Below are positions 53,178 to 64,000 of a stretch of 64,000 bases of DNA, piece by piece. The first letter of the stretch is position 1. Each line of letters begins with the position of its first letter. Location: positions 809,273 through 873,272 of the forward strand of contig NMRA01000051.1 in the NCBI GenBank assembly GCA_002633005.1, given 5' to 3'. Origin of the DNA: Phoronis australis. Taxonomy: Eukaryota > Animalia > Phoronida. Both the position numbers and the translations under genes were made by a program. The notes beneath the pieces were generated by a model that made no database searches, had not been told where the DNA came from, and saw only the letters and a program-made list of their open reading frames with translations.

Positions 53178-54069
53178 CACCTCAACAAAAGTCTGTAAGT
53201 TCGTGTTCACTCGCCTGTGTTATTACTTTTGGTTAAAATGTCATATTGCAAATCAATGAAAAGCCCTGTCATTCCGCTTTCCAACCATACCACATTGCGT
53301 CAATAAACGTTTATTGTGTTTAGTAACTTTGCTGCCAAGGAGAGCTTCGTCTCAAAGTGAAGGTTGCAAATTCAGTTGGAGCTAAATATGTATTCAAGTT
53401 TGAGCATTCAGCTTTTTCAATAACAATTTGTGCTGGTTCTATGGTGATAAAAACTTATGACAATTTGGCAACACTTCTATAAACACTTTATTTATTGAAC
53501 AAATGGCTGATAGACAACAGTGATAGTCTTCTCAGTAATACGGGTTGACGAACCATTCCCACTCACTAGAGCGACACACTTTCTTCGCATGCCGTTTACT
53601 TGCCTGGCAACGCGTTGCTGTGTGGTGGCATTCCACCGCTGAGTCAGTAAGCGCCTTAAATCAACCACAGTGGTTATGTTGGTCATTCGTAGAGCCCGTC
53701 TGAGTTGGTTCCACAGATGTTCGATAGAGTTCAGTCTGGGCTGCATGCGGGCCATTCCATTTGGAGCCAGAACACCAGATTTTCACATTTGAAGAAAGCC
53801 GCAAACTGGGCACCCCAAACACAGTTTGCATAATTGCAATTCATACTGAGCCTGATAACAGCAGGAGTTCCATGCTATCAATCAGCGTCTCACAAATTTG
53901 GTGTTTACCCTTGGTGTTAATCACCAGCACATCACCGATGGTGACACTACTTGGCCAATTTGCAACATTCACTTTGAGACCACGCCCTCTTTGGCAGCAA
54001 AGTTACTGAGCATAAATTTATTGACATGTTTTAAAATTAAAAACTTATTTCCAAACTTTTGTTGATGTG
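53178..54069 (-). mobile_element. Tc1-family transposon, internally deleted
   Basis: Termini cacctcaacaaaagtctg and caaacttttgttgatgtg followed by TA. An inner ~48-bp inverted pair lies at ~53325 and ~53957, and a transposase remnant lies inside. Confidence 0.8.
53538..53760 (-). pseudogene. Tc1 DD34E transposase C-terminal remnant
   Basis: EWPACSPD(frameshift)LNSIEHLWNQL...QRWNATTQQRVARQVNGMRRKCVALVSGNGSSTR matches the Tc1 consensus WPxxSPDLNPIExLW ... SMxxRCxAVIxxxGxxTxY. Confidence 0.85.
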
Positions 54070-54849
54070 TATGTATATCATGCGCGCCACCAGCCCTGCT
54101 GGAGGGCTCGAATTCCCGCTGTTGTGGACTATTTGCTAAGAAAAGAGCGGGCGGACTAAAAAAACGGAAGTACCTCTGTGAATTGCGACTTTGCGCTTAT
54201 TTAGTGGACTTTTGTCCCATTTTATCGGACTTTTTGTCTCTCGGGGGCGGACCTTTTTGCCGACTTCGCCCCCCCTCCGGGTGCGCATGTATATGTATAT
54301 GGTTGCATCTTTTTACTTTTTTGCTGAGATAAAGCCAGCTTGCTAAAATGGATTAAGATGCCAAAACTTAAGCGCCCAGTCATGCTACAGTCACGGAATA
54401 ATTTAAAGTGTCGGGTTGTCTATGTTATTATTAGGAGAACCTTGATCAATGAACATCCCAATATAAATGAGTTGTGCCAGGGTCATAAGCTCAAAAAGCA
54501 TATAAAATCACGTGGTGATCCGCGGACACTCAAAGTTTACCAATATACCACTGGAGCAAGTAGGACATTATGTTTGCTCATCTACGTCACATTCTATTGT
54601 CCTATTATAGTAAATTCTTGACAAGGGAACAACAATTAATACGGAACAACGTTTCTCCAAAATAACGTAACATACGAAAGGTTGTCAACCCTTTTTAAAA
54701 GACCAGGCCGAGGGAACAGTACGAAGCTTGAGTCAAGCTATGTCACTTAGGTCGATTTCGAAATTATCCAAAAGACAGGAGGCAGGTCTTTTTTTACTAC
54801 TGGTGACGTTACTCAATTGTCACATATTTAGTACATTCCTAATTTTCAG

Positions 54850-54964
54850 GTTGTCTGTCGCCGGTCCCAGTCATCAAAGAATAAGCCGTCAAGTCAGCGT
54901 GTCTGTTTTCAGCGAATACGATGAAGATCTGGAGAGCGAAGTATGCACGAGTCCGTTAGACAAG
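54850..54964 (+). CDS. Ankyrin-repeat gene, second coding exon
   Basis: Acceptor ctaattttcag|G and donor AAG|GTAGGA. Phase 2 entry completes Arg (AG|G) from exon 1 and reads RLSVAGPSHQRISRQVSVSVFSEYDEDLESEVCTSPLDK without a stop. Confidence 0.8.
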
Positions 54965-55200
54965 GTAGGAACTACTTTTGTGATAGAACTTGCCGTTTTG
55001 TATTTGTGAAAATTGCTTCATGATGCTCACAATAGATGTCGTTACTAGATGATCACATTAGGTGTCCCTAGCACGTGAGTCAGACTCCTTTACACTTAGC
55101 ATGTAACCTGTGTCGAGTTCAGTGGCGCTAATACTTCGTTAGAAAAGCAAGATCGAGACACAGGCGTCCTCAGCTTCTGATCGTCCACAATACACTATAT

Positions 55201-55684
55201 AATACTACAAGGTATGACATTCCCGACTAGAAATTCCACAGGTGCTTCACATCAGCCGTCCATAGCAAACACAAACTCTTCTGTAAATCGAAGGTCAAGG
55301 ACGATACGGAATTATTCGATGAGTTACGGATGAACGGCAATTGCCGACTGTCACGATTTCGTAACTTTCCGTGACAAATCGGTAACTGCCGTTCATCTGT
55401 AAGTCATCGGATAATTCAGTAGTAATCGTCCTTGGCCTTCGATTTACAAAGTTGTTTCTCCGGACAGGCTTTTTGGGAAGATTTTTGTGCTTTGACCGCG
55501 AATTTCCTGCGAGCTGGGTGAAGCAGGACAGCGTAAATGGTATTGGGGGAAAGAACAATTCTTCATGGTTTGTTTAACCTCTGCTTTGTGTAAATTTATT
55601 GAGTTTTGTGTTTGCTATGGACGGCTGAAGTGAAGCACCCGTGGAATTTCTAGTCGGGGTGTCATACATGTACCTTGTAGTATT
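55201..55684. mobile_element. MITE with ~78-bp TIRs
   Basis: 55201-55278 is the near-perfect reverse complement of 55601-55684. The right arm carries an extra CATGTA. Confidence 0.82.
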
Positions 55685-55962
55685 CAGTGGCGGATCTAGG
55701 ATATCGCAAGGGGGGCACAACATTTTGTCCGGCTACAAGCATTTGCGCAAACCACGATTGTAGCACCGAATGGGAAATCTTTCTGTTTTTTCCTCTAAAA
55801 ATCAAGCATTTTCCTTGATTCCTGAAGTATTATCCAAGAAAAAAGCAAAAAAAAAAAAAACGGAGAACGTGTCAAACAGGAAAATTGCAAGACACCAGAG
55901 AGTCGAACTCACAACAACGCGTTTAAAGTGCGCTTGCTTAACCACTACACCACCACGCTGTC
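55685..55962. mobile_element. CAGTGGCGGATCT-type MITE end followed by a minus-strand tRNA-like head (55893-55962)
   Basis: cagtggcggatctagg...ggggggcacaa. Minus strand gtggtgtagtggttaag...gagttcgactctc carries Pol III A- and B-box-like motifs. Confidence 0.5.
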
Positions 55963-57329
55963 ACTCCTATCGGAATTATGAGACCTACTTGTTTATGGTC
56001 TACAGCGTTTGCGCGCGAAACTTACTTCTTCTTGTTATGCTTATTACACGTTTTATATTTTGTGCAATCGGTTCTTAACAAATTTGTTGTATTTAAATAC
56101 CCAAAAGACCAAATCCGTTTTTCGTGTTGCCAATAATGACGGGATTGCTTTGGAAATCGTCGTAAGTTAAGGTTTGACAAAGAGAGAATTATGAGTTTCT
56201 GAGTGATTCACTAAGGCTTCGATTAAAATTCACTTTTTACCAGCAGCTTCTGTTTTTTCATCATCACTCAGGTTCCAATTTCTTTAAAAAATGAAGTAAA
56301 TTTTCTTCATTGCACAGTGGAGCAGACGACGGAAACAGAGTCATAGTGCGCAGCGCCACTGCCGGTCACCTGGGGTATCGCGGGAGAGCCTATACTTAGC
56401 CATAGTTCGGTTACGAATAAGCCGTGTTCCAAATTTGACACTTGAAATTGGATCTATATCACAAAGCCACGCCCCTATAGCAAAAATACTACACAATTTC
56501 TTCCTCCCAAACATGCCACGTTTAAGTCTAGGTGGTCTGGTTCGTAGTCGTAAAAATCTGACAGCGAGATTCGCAAATACCGTGTGCAGTGAGAGCAGTG
56601 TTGCTAAGCACGAAGAATGTGTGTAAGGTCACTCGATATTATATTCATCATTTTCCGTAGGAAGCTTTAGTGTACAATCTATACAACTCTTTTTGATGTA
56701 CAAAAGAGTGTCAGAAAAGATGATACCTAAACAGAGGGAAATTGATGTATAGCCAGTGGTATGTATCGTGTGAACGTGGAAAACGTGAGTTTGTAGGAAT
56801 AACATTTAACTTATCCAAAAGATGGCACTCTGACAACAGCTTGCTCAGGTGGCCTGTGTTATCACTATCATGAAGTCAACACAACTGAGGCCATGTCACG
56901 CCTGTATCAAAAATTTATTTTATTACTGTAACAGTTATGGGTGGATTGAGCCGCTGTTTACTTGTACATGTTGAATTGTTAACTAAAGCGATTTGAGGTT
57001 TAAAACATTACCACACTTACTCAGTCATGAATCGTTGCTGAATGAACCGGAAACTAGTCACCGGCAACAGGTACATGTGTCATTTGTGAACTCGTGATTT
57101 TAGGCCAGGGTTGGCGAATATTATGTCACCAGGTTTATGAGCTTAGTGCATCGTCGTCGAGGAAGGTTATTTTTTGTCTGAGTTTGGCATCAGCGCGGAT
57201 TTGACCTGGAACCCCCGCTGTCTCAACCCAACGCTCCACTGCTCAGGAACTTAGTAGCGTACCCGTGCAAAATGAAGAGACTGGGTCGTGCGGAGTTAAG
57301 GGAATGTATTCGCTGTTTCCAGTCCATAG

Positions 57330-57476
57330 GTGAAGGTGTCTCATATTGGTCGCAGTTGCGTTTCAGTATGGAGTGCACTGACCAGATCTCGACGTTCATC
57401 ACTCTGGCGACGTAGTGTTTGTGACCGAGATCTTTTGGAGAGCAATTTTATGGAGTTCATTAACGCCGTCGTGCAT
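57330..57476 (+). CDS. Possible third (symmetric, phase 0-0) exon of the ankyrin gene
   Basis: ctgtttccagtccatag|GTG...CAT|gtacgt gives 49 open codons (VKVSHIGRSCVSVWSALTRSRRSSLWRRSVCDRDLLESNFMEFINAVVH) in phase with exon 2. A competing AG 7 nt upstream weakens the call. Confidence 0.35.
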
Positions 57477-59262
57477 GTACGTGTATACACTTGCAATAAT
57501 AACTGCGTACTCTGTTTTACAGAAATAAGTCGAGATAGGCCCACAGAGAAACTTGTGTTGCATACCTCTGGTGCCGTGCGAGCAAATGTTAAAACATTAA
57601 AATTGGACCAACACATTTCGGAATAATGAATACTCAATTTTAAAAAAGTCAGAATGATGGCATGGTTGTTATTAGGCTGTTAATATAATTGTGGAAACGT
57701 AAAGAAATGTCAAAAGAGAGTTACCGACTCCAAATGCATTTGACATACAATGTTCACAGCACATCTGCCTGGTGATTTTTGTTTGAGGCTGTCATGTCAA
57801 GTCTCTGGAGGCGATGGCCTGGGATTTTGACATCTGAATGTTATTCAATCTGTCAAAACTGATGCACGCATGAACTACATATACATGTAACTAGACTGCG
57901 CGAGCTATCCACCGGTAATTAATAACTTGCGTGCGATATAAAATGTCGATAACGCGCCCAGTTCCCATAAAGTATGGTGATGATGTCCATAGCATCTGAG
58001 ACGCTTTTTGCAATAAACATAACCTAATAGCCCCATCGACTGCACTTTAATTAAGTCGATAGGAATATATGTTTACCAAGGGTCACTCAACATATGAGAT
58101 GAGCTTTGTTCGGGCCTACAATATGCAGTTGATGGACTGAGATTAGAAAACACGAGTCCTCGGTTTGCAAAGAAACTGATTTATGGAGTACTTTATGGAG
58201 TATATGTTTGGTGAACGCCGAACATAAATCATTATATTGTTTGAACTAATACCGATATCTTACGTTCACTTTGTAAGCCACCACTAGGGCATCATCTTAC
58301 CTAGATCCGGTCAGATTATCTCTAAATGTAACCAGACGTAGAAAAAGCACGTCATTTTCCTGTAATATCGAGCATCGGAAACAATACGAAGCGACCATTT
58401 TGGTTTTTTGTGAAACAGTTGTGCTTAATTCTTTCTACTAAATTGTCCTTTTGTTGAACTATTTTAGCGGACTCGCGTAATGTCGTTATTTGGCAATTCA
58501 GGGTGAGCCGACTCGTAAACGAGACGGTCTCCCCACCTGATGACAGACATCTCCTTTCTCAGTGGGTAAATCTCTAGCGAAGCGTTGCAAGGATGCAACT
58601 GGGTGCACTCGTACTTTGCCGTTTGGCATTTTTCGAATGATTGAAGGTTTCTTTAAGTAATTACTATTTTTGATGATGTACCAGGGGGCAATGAAGCACT
58701 AATCTACACAGTAGGTTTGCCTTGGCATCGATTTTCTAGCCTGACTAAGCCAAAGTACGGGTTCCCCAATGATCTATAATCTGTTGAGAAGACATGGAAT
58801 ACTGAGGTCATAGTCTTTGTTTAGTGAAGCGCGCTTCTACAGCCACCGGAATAAATGCTGCCAGAGAGGCAGCATTTATCTTCTATTCTGACAAATTTAT
58901 CTAAGCCCGACGTCAGCTTCTTGAGTAGACGGCAGCCATCTGTATAGTCCGACAGTTTTGTCGAAACCCGTAAGATCTTTTTGCCAACGACATGAGCGTT
59001 CCTTGAGTTGCACACACGGATACCTTGTGACAATTCTTCAACATAAAAAATCGTAAAATGACCTAAGTATGTCGCAAGAAGATCTCAAGAATGCACGACC
59101 GAAAATCACTATTTGTATCGAGAATATCTCAAGTCGCTCTTGCAAGTGTAAAGGCAGACTTACTAACTTCAAAAGATGCTATGTCCTCGCCAAGAATGTT
59201 TGCGAACTTCTGAATTTGTATCAACTGTGAAATTTGTACGAACCCATCATTCTAAAGGGCCT

Positions 59263-59755
59263 TGCCCGGTACACTTTTGCGAATATCAAGTCCTTGCGAT
59301 TTGCGCATTGACGTTTTTTCACACAGTCGTACACATTATACTCGAGTTCTTTGTACGCCGGCATGCGCATATGCCCTGTGCGTCCAATAGTTTTGAACAT
59401 GAGATGCCACGCAACTTTCTCATACATTATAACTCCGCAGTGCATCGGAATAACATGGGCAGCGCAACATAGGTGGCTGGGGGGCTATAGCCCCCACTTT
59501 TTTCAGTGCTGTGCCGTCCATGAATACGCTCGACATATGCAGTGTATACGCAGTCATTCGCAACAACAAAACTGATGTCGGAGACTGCTTACGCTCCACT
59601 TACGCAATGATTGCGCTAAACTCGTAATTTGTATGCTATATGCACGTCAAACATAAGTCAAAGTAATCGAAATTTTTCATGTTTTGCTCACGGTCCCGAA
59701 TTGGAAATTTCAGGAATTCATAAGGACTTGATGTACGCAAAAGTGTAACAGGGCC
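59263..59755. mobile_element. PIF/Harbinger-type MITE containing a nested ~70-bp mini-element
   Basis: Left gcccggtacacttttgcgaatatcaagtcctt compares with right reverse complement ggccctgttacacttttgcgtacatcaagtcctt. The right end is followed by TAA. Confidence 0.72.
59454..59522. mobile_element. ~70-bp mini-MITE (CATGGGC...CCATG), copy 1
   Basis: Short TIRs around ggctgggggctatagccccacttttttca. Paralogs at 60519-60587 and 60590-60666. Confidence 0.75.
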
Positions 59756-60518
59756 TAAGTGTCTTATTTGCGCGTATTTATTTTAGTGCCATCCTCCTAT
59801 ACCTGAAATGATACATGCTCAAGTGTTTCTTATACAAGCACGTGCCTCTATGCCATACAAGTCAACTCTTAGAATTTACCAGCGCACCAAGTCCTTACGT
59901 TCGTGAAGAAATAATCTTGCGTATTTTTTTCAAAATTACATCCAAGTTTAAAATGTTTTTAAACACTAGTCATATGAATATGTAATTCTTGTCCTGGTTT
60001 GGGGCAGAAATCATTAGGTCACGTGATGTGGCCACAGGTGTCGGGCTGACCAGACTCAATAATATTTGCTAGTTTGTTAGAATTATTTGCTGACCAGCAA
60101 ATTAAACAGGTTTATGTTATGCCTTTTAAGCTGTTGCTCCAACCTCATTTGAAAGTTTTTAAGTATTATCAAATGTCTTCGTTCAAACGTCAAACAATGT
60201 TACATTGGTCAAACGGTTTGCAGTCTTTCCCGTCGGTTATCCATGCATCTTCAAAATGGCGCCATTCAAGATCATTTTCTGCAATACCACGCACGTAAAA
60301 TCACCCGTCAAGAAATTGTGGAAAACACGTCAATTCGCTACGTGGAGCAAGATGTGCTGCGTTTGAAAGTATTAGAGTCCCTTNACTTCATATGTACTTG
60401 TTCGAAGTCTTCATGTATTCCTGTACTTCAGAGATTTCACCCAATTTTATTTGACACTGTTAAGACATGGAAAAGTATGAAATCTAGAGAATCACCCCCT
60501 GGCATTCGTAAACGTATA

Positions 60519-60666
60519 CATGGGCAGCTCTCCATAGGGGGCTGGGGGTGCTATAGCCCCACTTTTTTCAATGCTGCACTGCCCATGGTCTATAGGCGGT
60601 GCGCCACAGGGGGGCTGGGGGACTTTAGCAATCCACCCCAGTTTTTTCATTGCTGCGCCGCCCATG
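60519..60666. mobile_element. Two adjacent ~70-bp mini-MITEs (copies 2 and 3)
   Basis: catgggcagc...gctgcactgcccatg is followed by a diverged copy ending gctgcgccgcccatg. Confidence 0.72.
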
Positions 60667-62149
60667 ATATGCCATTGTAATCTTAACGTCAGCTTTTTAA
60701 TTTACGTATTTCTGTAAAATAATTATATATAGATTTCTTTGAATTTATGTAACCCAGATATAATGCCTCTTGTCGCTTTCTGGGCAATGTATATTCATTG
60801 TACTGAAGATTTCGTAATAAACATTAAAAAAAACTTCCTGGGATTTTTTGAAACCGTTATACTATCAGTATAAATTCAAGCAGATCTGGAATGTGTGAAT
60901 GTGAGAGTGGTTGTGTTTATTTTCTTTTCTACTGTATTCCATGGTTAATTTGTGTCTGTAATTAAATTTATTAAAAAAAGAAAAAAAATAATAACCTTCG
61001 CGAAATACTAGTCATCTTATGGATTCTCACTGAAAAATATGGATTTTCACAAAATTTTATCGATAGCTTCCTTAATAGGTTGGCATGTATGCTATGCTCA
61101 ACTGGGAGGTGCAGACGGATAGCGTTGTGTATGCGTGTGTCTTGATCTAGCTCTTCTCTGTGTGTCTTACGCGTTAACATTAATCGTCTTGCAAGCGTCT
61201 ATCACGTGCTATTTGAAAACGCCTTTCCTTGGTCTTTGTATAGCAGTATCGACATCGATTTTACCAAACGTTACCCATAGGCGGTCTCAGGGGCACCACT
61301 CCGGACGCAACCAAAACTATTTTGGGATTACTTAGAAACTTATGGTTGGCACCCTCAACAGTGGATAGATACTTCAGGTTAAAATAATTTGCGGAATTTG
61401 TTATGAGAAGAATGAGATCGGTTTTGCCAAATTTTAATCTGCATTAAAATTCATTGAAAAATAAATTACTTATAAGATTTGTTCAGTTATAGGATCATCC
61501 GAAGACTTTTTACAATCTCTTTAGACGCATAATCATATCAATCAGGAAGAAGTGAAACCTTGGCATGTCGAGCCATCTCAAACAACTAAGAAGTCATTTT
61601 TCTGGATGTTGATGTGCGACATTTTCTTTAAATCCGTATTTTTCAGTGAGAAATATGTCATTGATTTTAGAGTGCATGGGGCATGTGAACATGTACAGTC
61701 TAGGTGGTTCACGGCGATTTTGAGGGGTCGCTTCCAGCGAATGCTATTGCATGGTTTTTATTTCTCGCATTCTGAGCTCGGTTGCTGATAACAAATGCGC
61801 TGATCATTTAGGGAACCTAGTTGAGTGCCTATTTGGGATTAATAAAAGACAAGTGGTGTCTTCAGAAAAAAGCTAATGAAAAGGGACCTTTGTTAGCCCT
61901 AGAAAACGTCTTACCAATGTTCATAGTCGAATCACCCGGCAGAATGGATATGGCGCCAGCTTCTAGGATGTAAGATTGTTCATGACTTCCCGCCCTATTT
62001 CTTGGAGACTAACGCATGCATAACATGGTACATGTCTTTTATAACGTGCAGTCTAATTAGAACCCCACCAACTCAAAATTCATCTACAGATCGTCAATGC
62101 AGTCATGATAGAGGTCTGTGACTGTAGTTAAATATTTAACTGTGAGTAG

Positions 62150-62405
62150 TTTCGCGCTTCGTAAATATTCTAAGCAGCCTGAGGTGAAATGGAAGACGAA
62201 CCTTGCTACACCTGGTACTTCTGATTGGTGGAAATTGCTTATCTTGTGAACTTTTCTAATCATGTGACGCTTCGGCAGTTTCAGTTTAGGCTGCCTCGTC
62301 AGTTGCATTTCGGCTATCTTTTAAAAACTGGTGTTAATAATTCCTGCCTGTGTACTGTCTGTAATAGGGAAGCTAAAACTTTGCTTCATTCATACTGGCA
62401 GAGTG
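62150..62405 (+). pseudogene. L1/Tx1-type ORF2 C-terminal (zf-RVT) fragment, older degenerate copy
   Basis: EVKWKTNLATPGTSDWWK / VTLRQFQFRL...GYLLKTGVNNSCLCTVCNREAKTLLHSYWQ is collinear with the downstream copy. Confidence 0.75.
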
Positions 62406-62474
62406 GAACACTATGGAGAATTGGGTCAAAAATAGAACCAAGTTTTCCTTCTACGCACCCTCTATCCCAATTTT

Positions 62475-62816
62475 TGTGAAATTGTTACTTGCAGACAAGA
62501 AGGGAACAAAACATATATATAACACTTTGGTGCTAAACAAATATGCCCGGCCTAGGTCTGAGATGAAGTGGCAGGCAGAACTTGCAATACCTGACACTAC
62601 AGAATGGTGGAAATTTGCCTACTTTCTGAATTTTACACTTGACGTGAAACTTCGTTGGTTTCAATTTAGACTGTCACATAGGATAATTAGCTGTAACTCT
62701 TACCTTGTCAAAATTGGGGTAACCAACTCCCCCTTGTGTACGTTTTGTAAGACTGAACCTGAGACTTTGCTTCACTTATACTGGCAATGTGATGTTGTTC
62801 AAAATTTTTGGAACAA
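62475..62816 (+). mobile_element. L1/Tx1-type non-LTR retrotransposon ORF2 C-terminus (CCHC zinc knuckle), running into a gap
   Basis: Open frame KHIYNTL...EMKW...DVKLRWFQFRLSHRIISCNSYLVKIGVTNSPLCTFCKTEPETLLHLYWQCDVVQNFWN is a classic L1/Tx1 C-terminal motif. Confidence 0.88.
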
Positions 62817-63456
62817 NNNNNNNNNNNNNNNNNNNNNNNNNNNNNNNNNNNNNNNNNNNNNNNNNNNNNNNNNNNNNNNNNNNNNNNNNNNNNNNNNNNN
62901 NNNNNNNNNNNNNNNNNNNNNNNNNNNNNNNNNNNNNNNNNNNNNNNNNNNNNNNNNNNNNNNNNNNNNNNNNNNNNNNNNNNNNNNNNNNNNNNNNNNN
63001 NNNNNNNNNNNNNNNNNNNNNNNNNNNNNNNNNNNNNNNNNNNNNNNNNNNNNNNNNNNNNNNNNNNNNNNNNNNNNNNNNNNNNNNNNNNNNNNNNNNN
63101 NNNNNNNNNNNNNNNNNNNNNNNNNNNNNNNNNNNNNNNNNNNNNNNNNNNNNNNNNNNNNNNNNNNNNNNNNNNNNNNNNNNNNNNNNNNNNNNNNNNN
63201 NNNNNNNNNNNNNNNNNNNNNNNNNNNNNNNNNNNNNNNNNNNNNNNNNNNNNNNNNNNNNNNNNNNNNNNNNNNNNNNNNNNNNNNNNNNNNNNNNNNN
63301 NNNNNNNNNNNNNNNNNNNNNNNNNNNNNNNNNNNNNNNNNNNNNNNNNNNNNNNNNNNNNNNNNNNNNNNNNNNNNNNNNNNNNNNNNNNNNNNNNNNN
63401 NNNNNNNNNNNNNNNNNNNNNNNNNNNNNNNNNNNNNNNNNNNNNNNNNNNNNNNN

Positions 63457-63514
<58 letters not shown>

Positions 63515-63535
63515 CCCTCTCTCTGTGTCTCTCTC
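63457..63535. repeat. (TC)n microsatellite adjoining a gap
   Basis: Direct reading of the sequence. Confidence 0.9.
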
Positions 63536-64000
63536 AAGAGAATCCCTCACCCTTGTCCTCCCCCATCTGAAGTGGAATAATAATAATGATAATACATCTA
63601 TATGAGTCACAAACACAAAATATGGTGAATCCACCACCTGTTTCATAATGCGCAGAAAATTAAAAGTTAGGATCCTAGCTTTTATTGAAAATTTCCCGCA
63701 CTAAATCTTATTTTGCAACAGCGCACTTAATAGCTTACAAGATCAAAAACCGCTACAATTTGTTTTTCTTGTTATAGGACATCAACGACCATTGATTTCT
63801 GTTTTATTTCTAGAACTTATTTTATTTTTTTTTTCTTTATTATACAAGTCATAGAACATAACTTTATTACTAGTTAGCGAACTTTGATGTGGGCAACTAC
63901 TGTTTTGATAACCGGTGGTAACGTGTTTCGTAAATATATGACGTCATGTCCAACGTGATTTTAACCTTCGCCTAGTTTGTTGTAATGGCTTCTGGGGATT

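Overview
AT-rich eukaryotic (probably marine invertebrate) genomic DNA with three assembly gaps (8446-8817, 34525-34820, 62817-63456). One host gene is evident: a spliced + strand ankyrin-repeat gene with a large first coding exon (46188-47530), a phase-compatible second exon (54850-54964), a possible third exon (57330-57476), and no stop codon found in the window. Candidate non-coding first exons lie 20-39 kb upstream. The rest is intronic or intergenic and dense with transposon relics. These include an internally deleted Kolobok (TTAA TSD, THAP transposase plus convergent KolX/P2X7-ballast-like remnant), a Tc1 remnant, a CAC-terminated foldback element with a 5-bp TSD (Transib-like), two copies of a hairpin-headed element with regular GA/GA mismatches, several MITE families, LINE 3' ends and tRNA-derived heads. 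At least 15 TACATGTA octamers occur, three of which paralog comparison shows to be 6-bp insertions at a TA, as expected for Tc1-type excision footprints. All assignments are by eye; no database searches were run.
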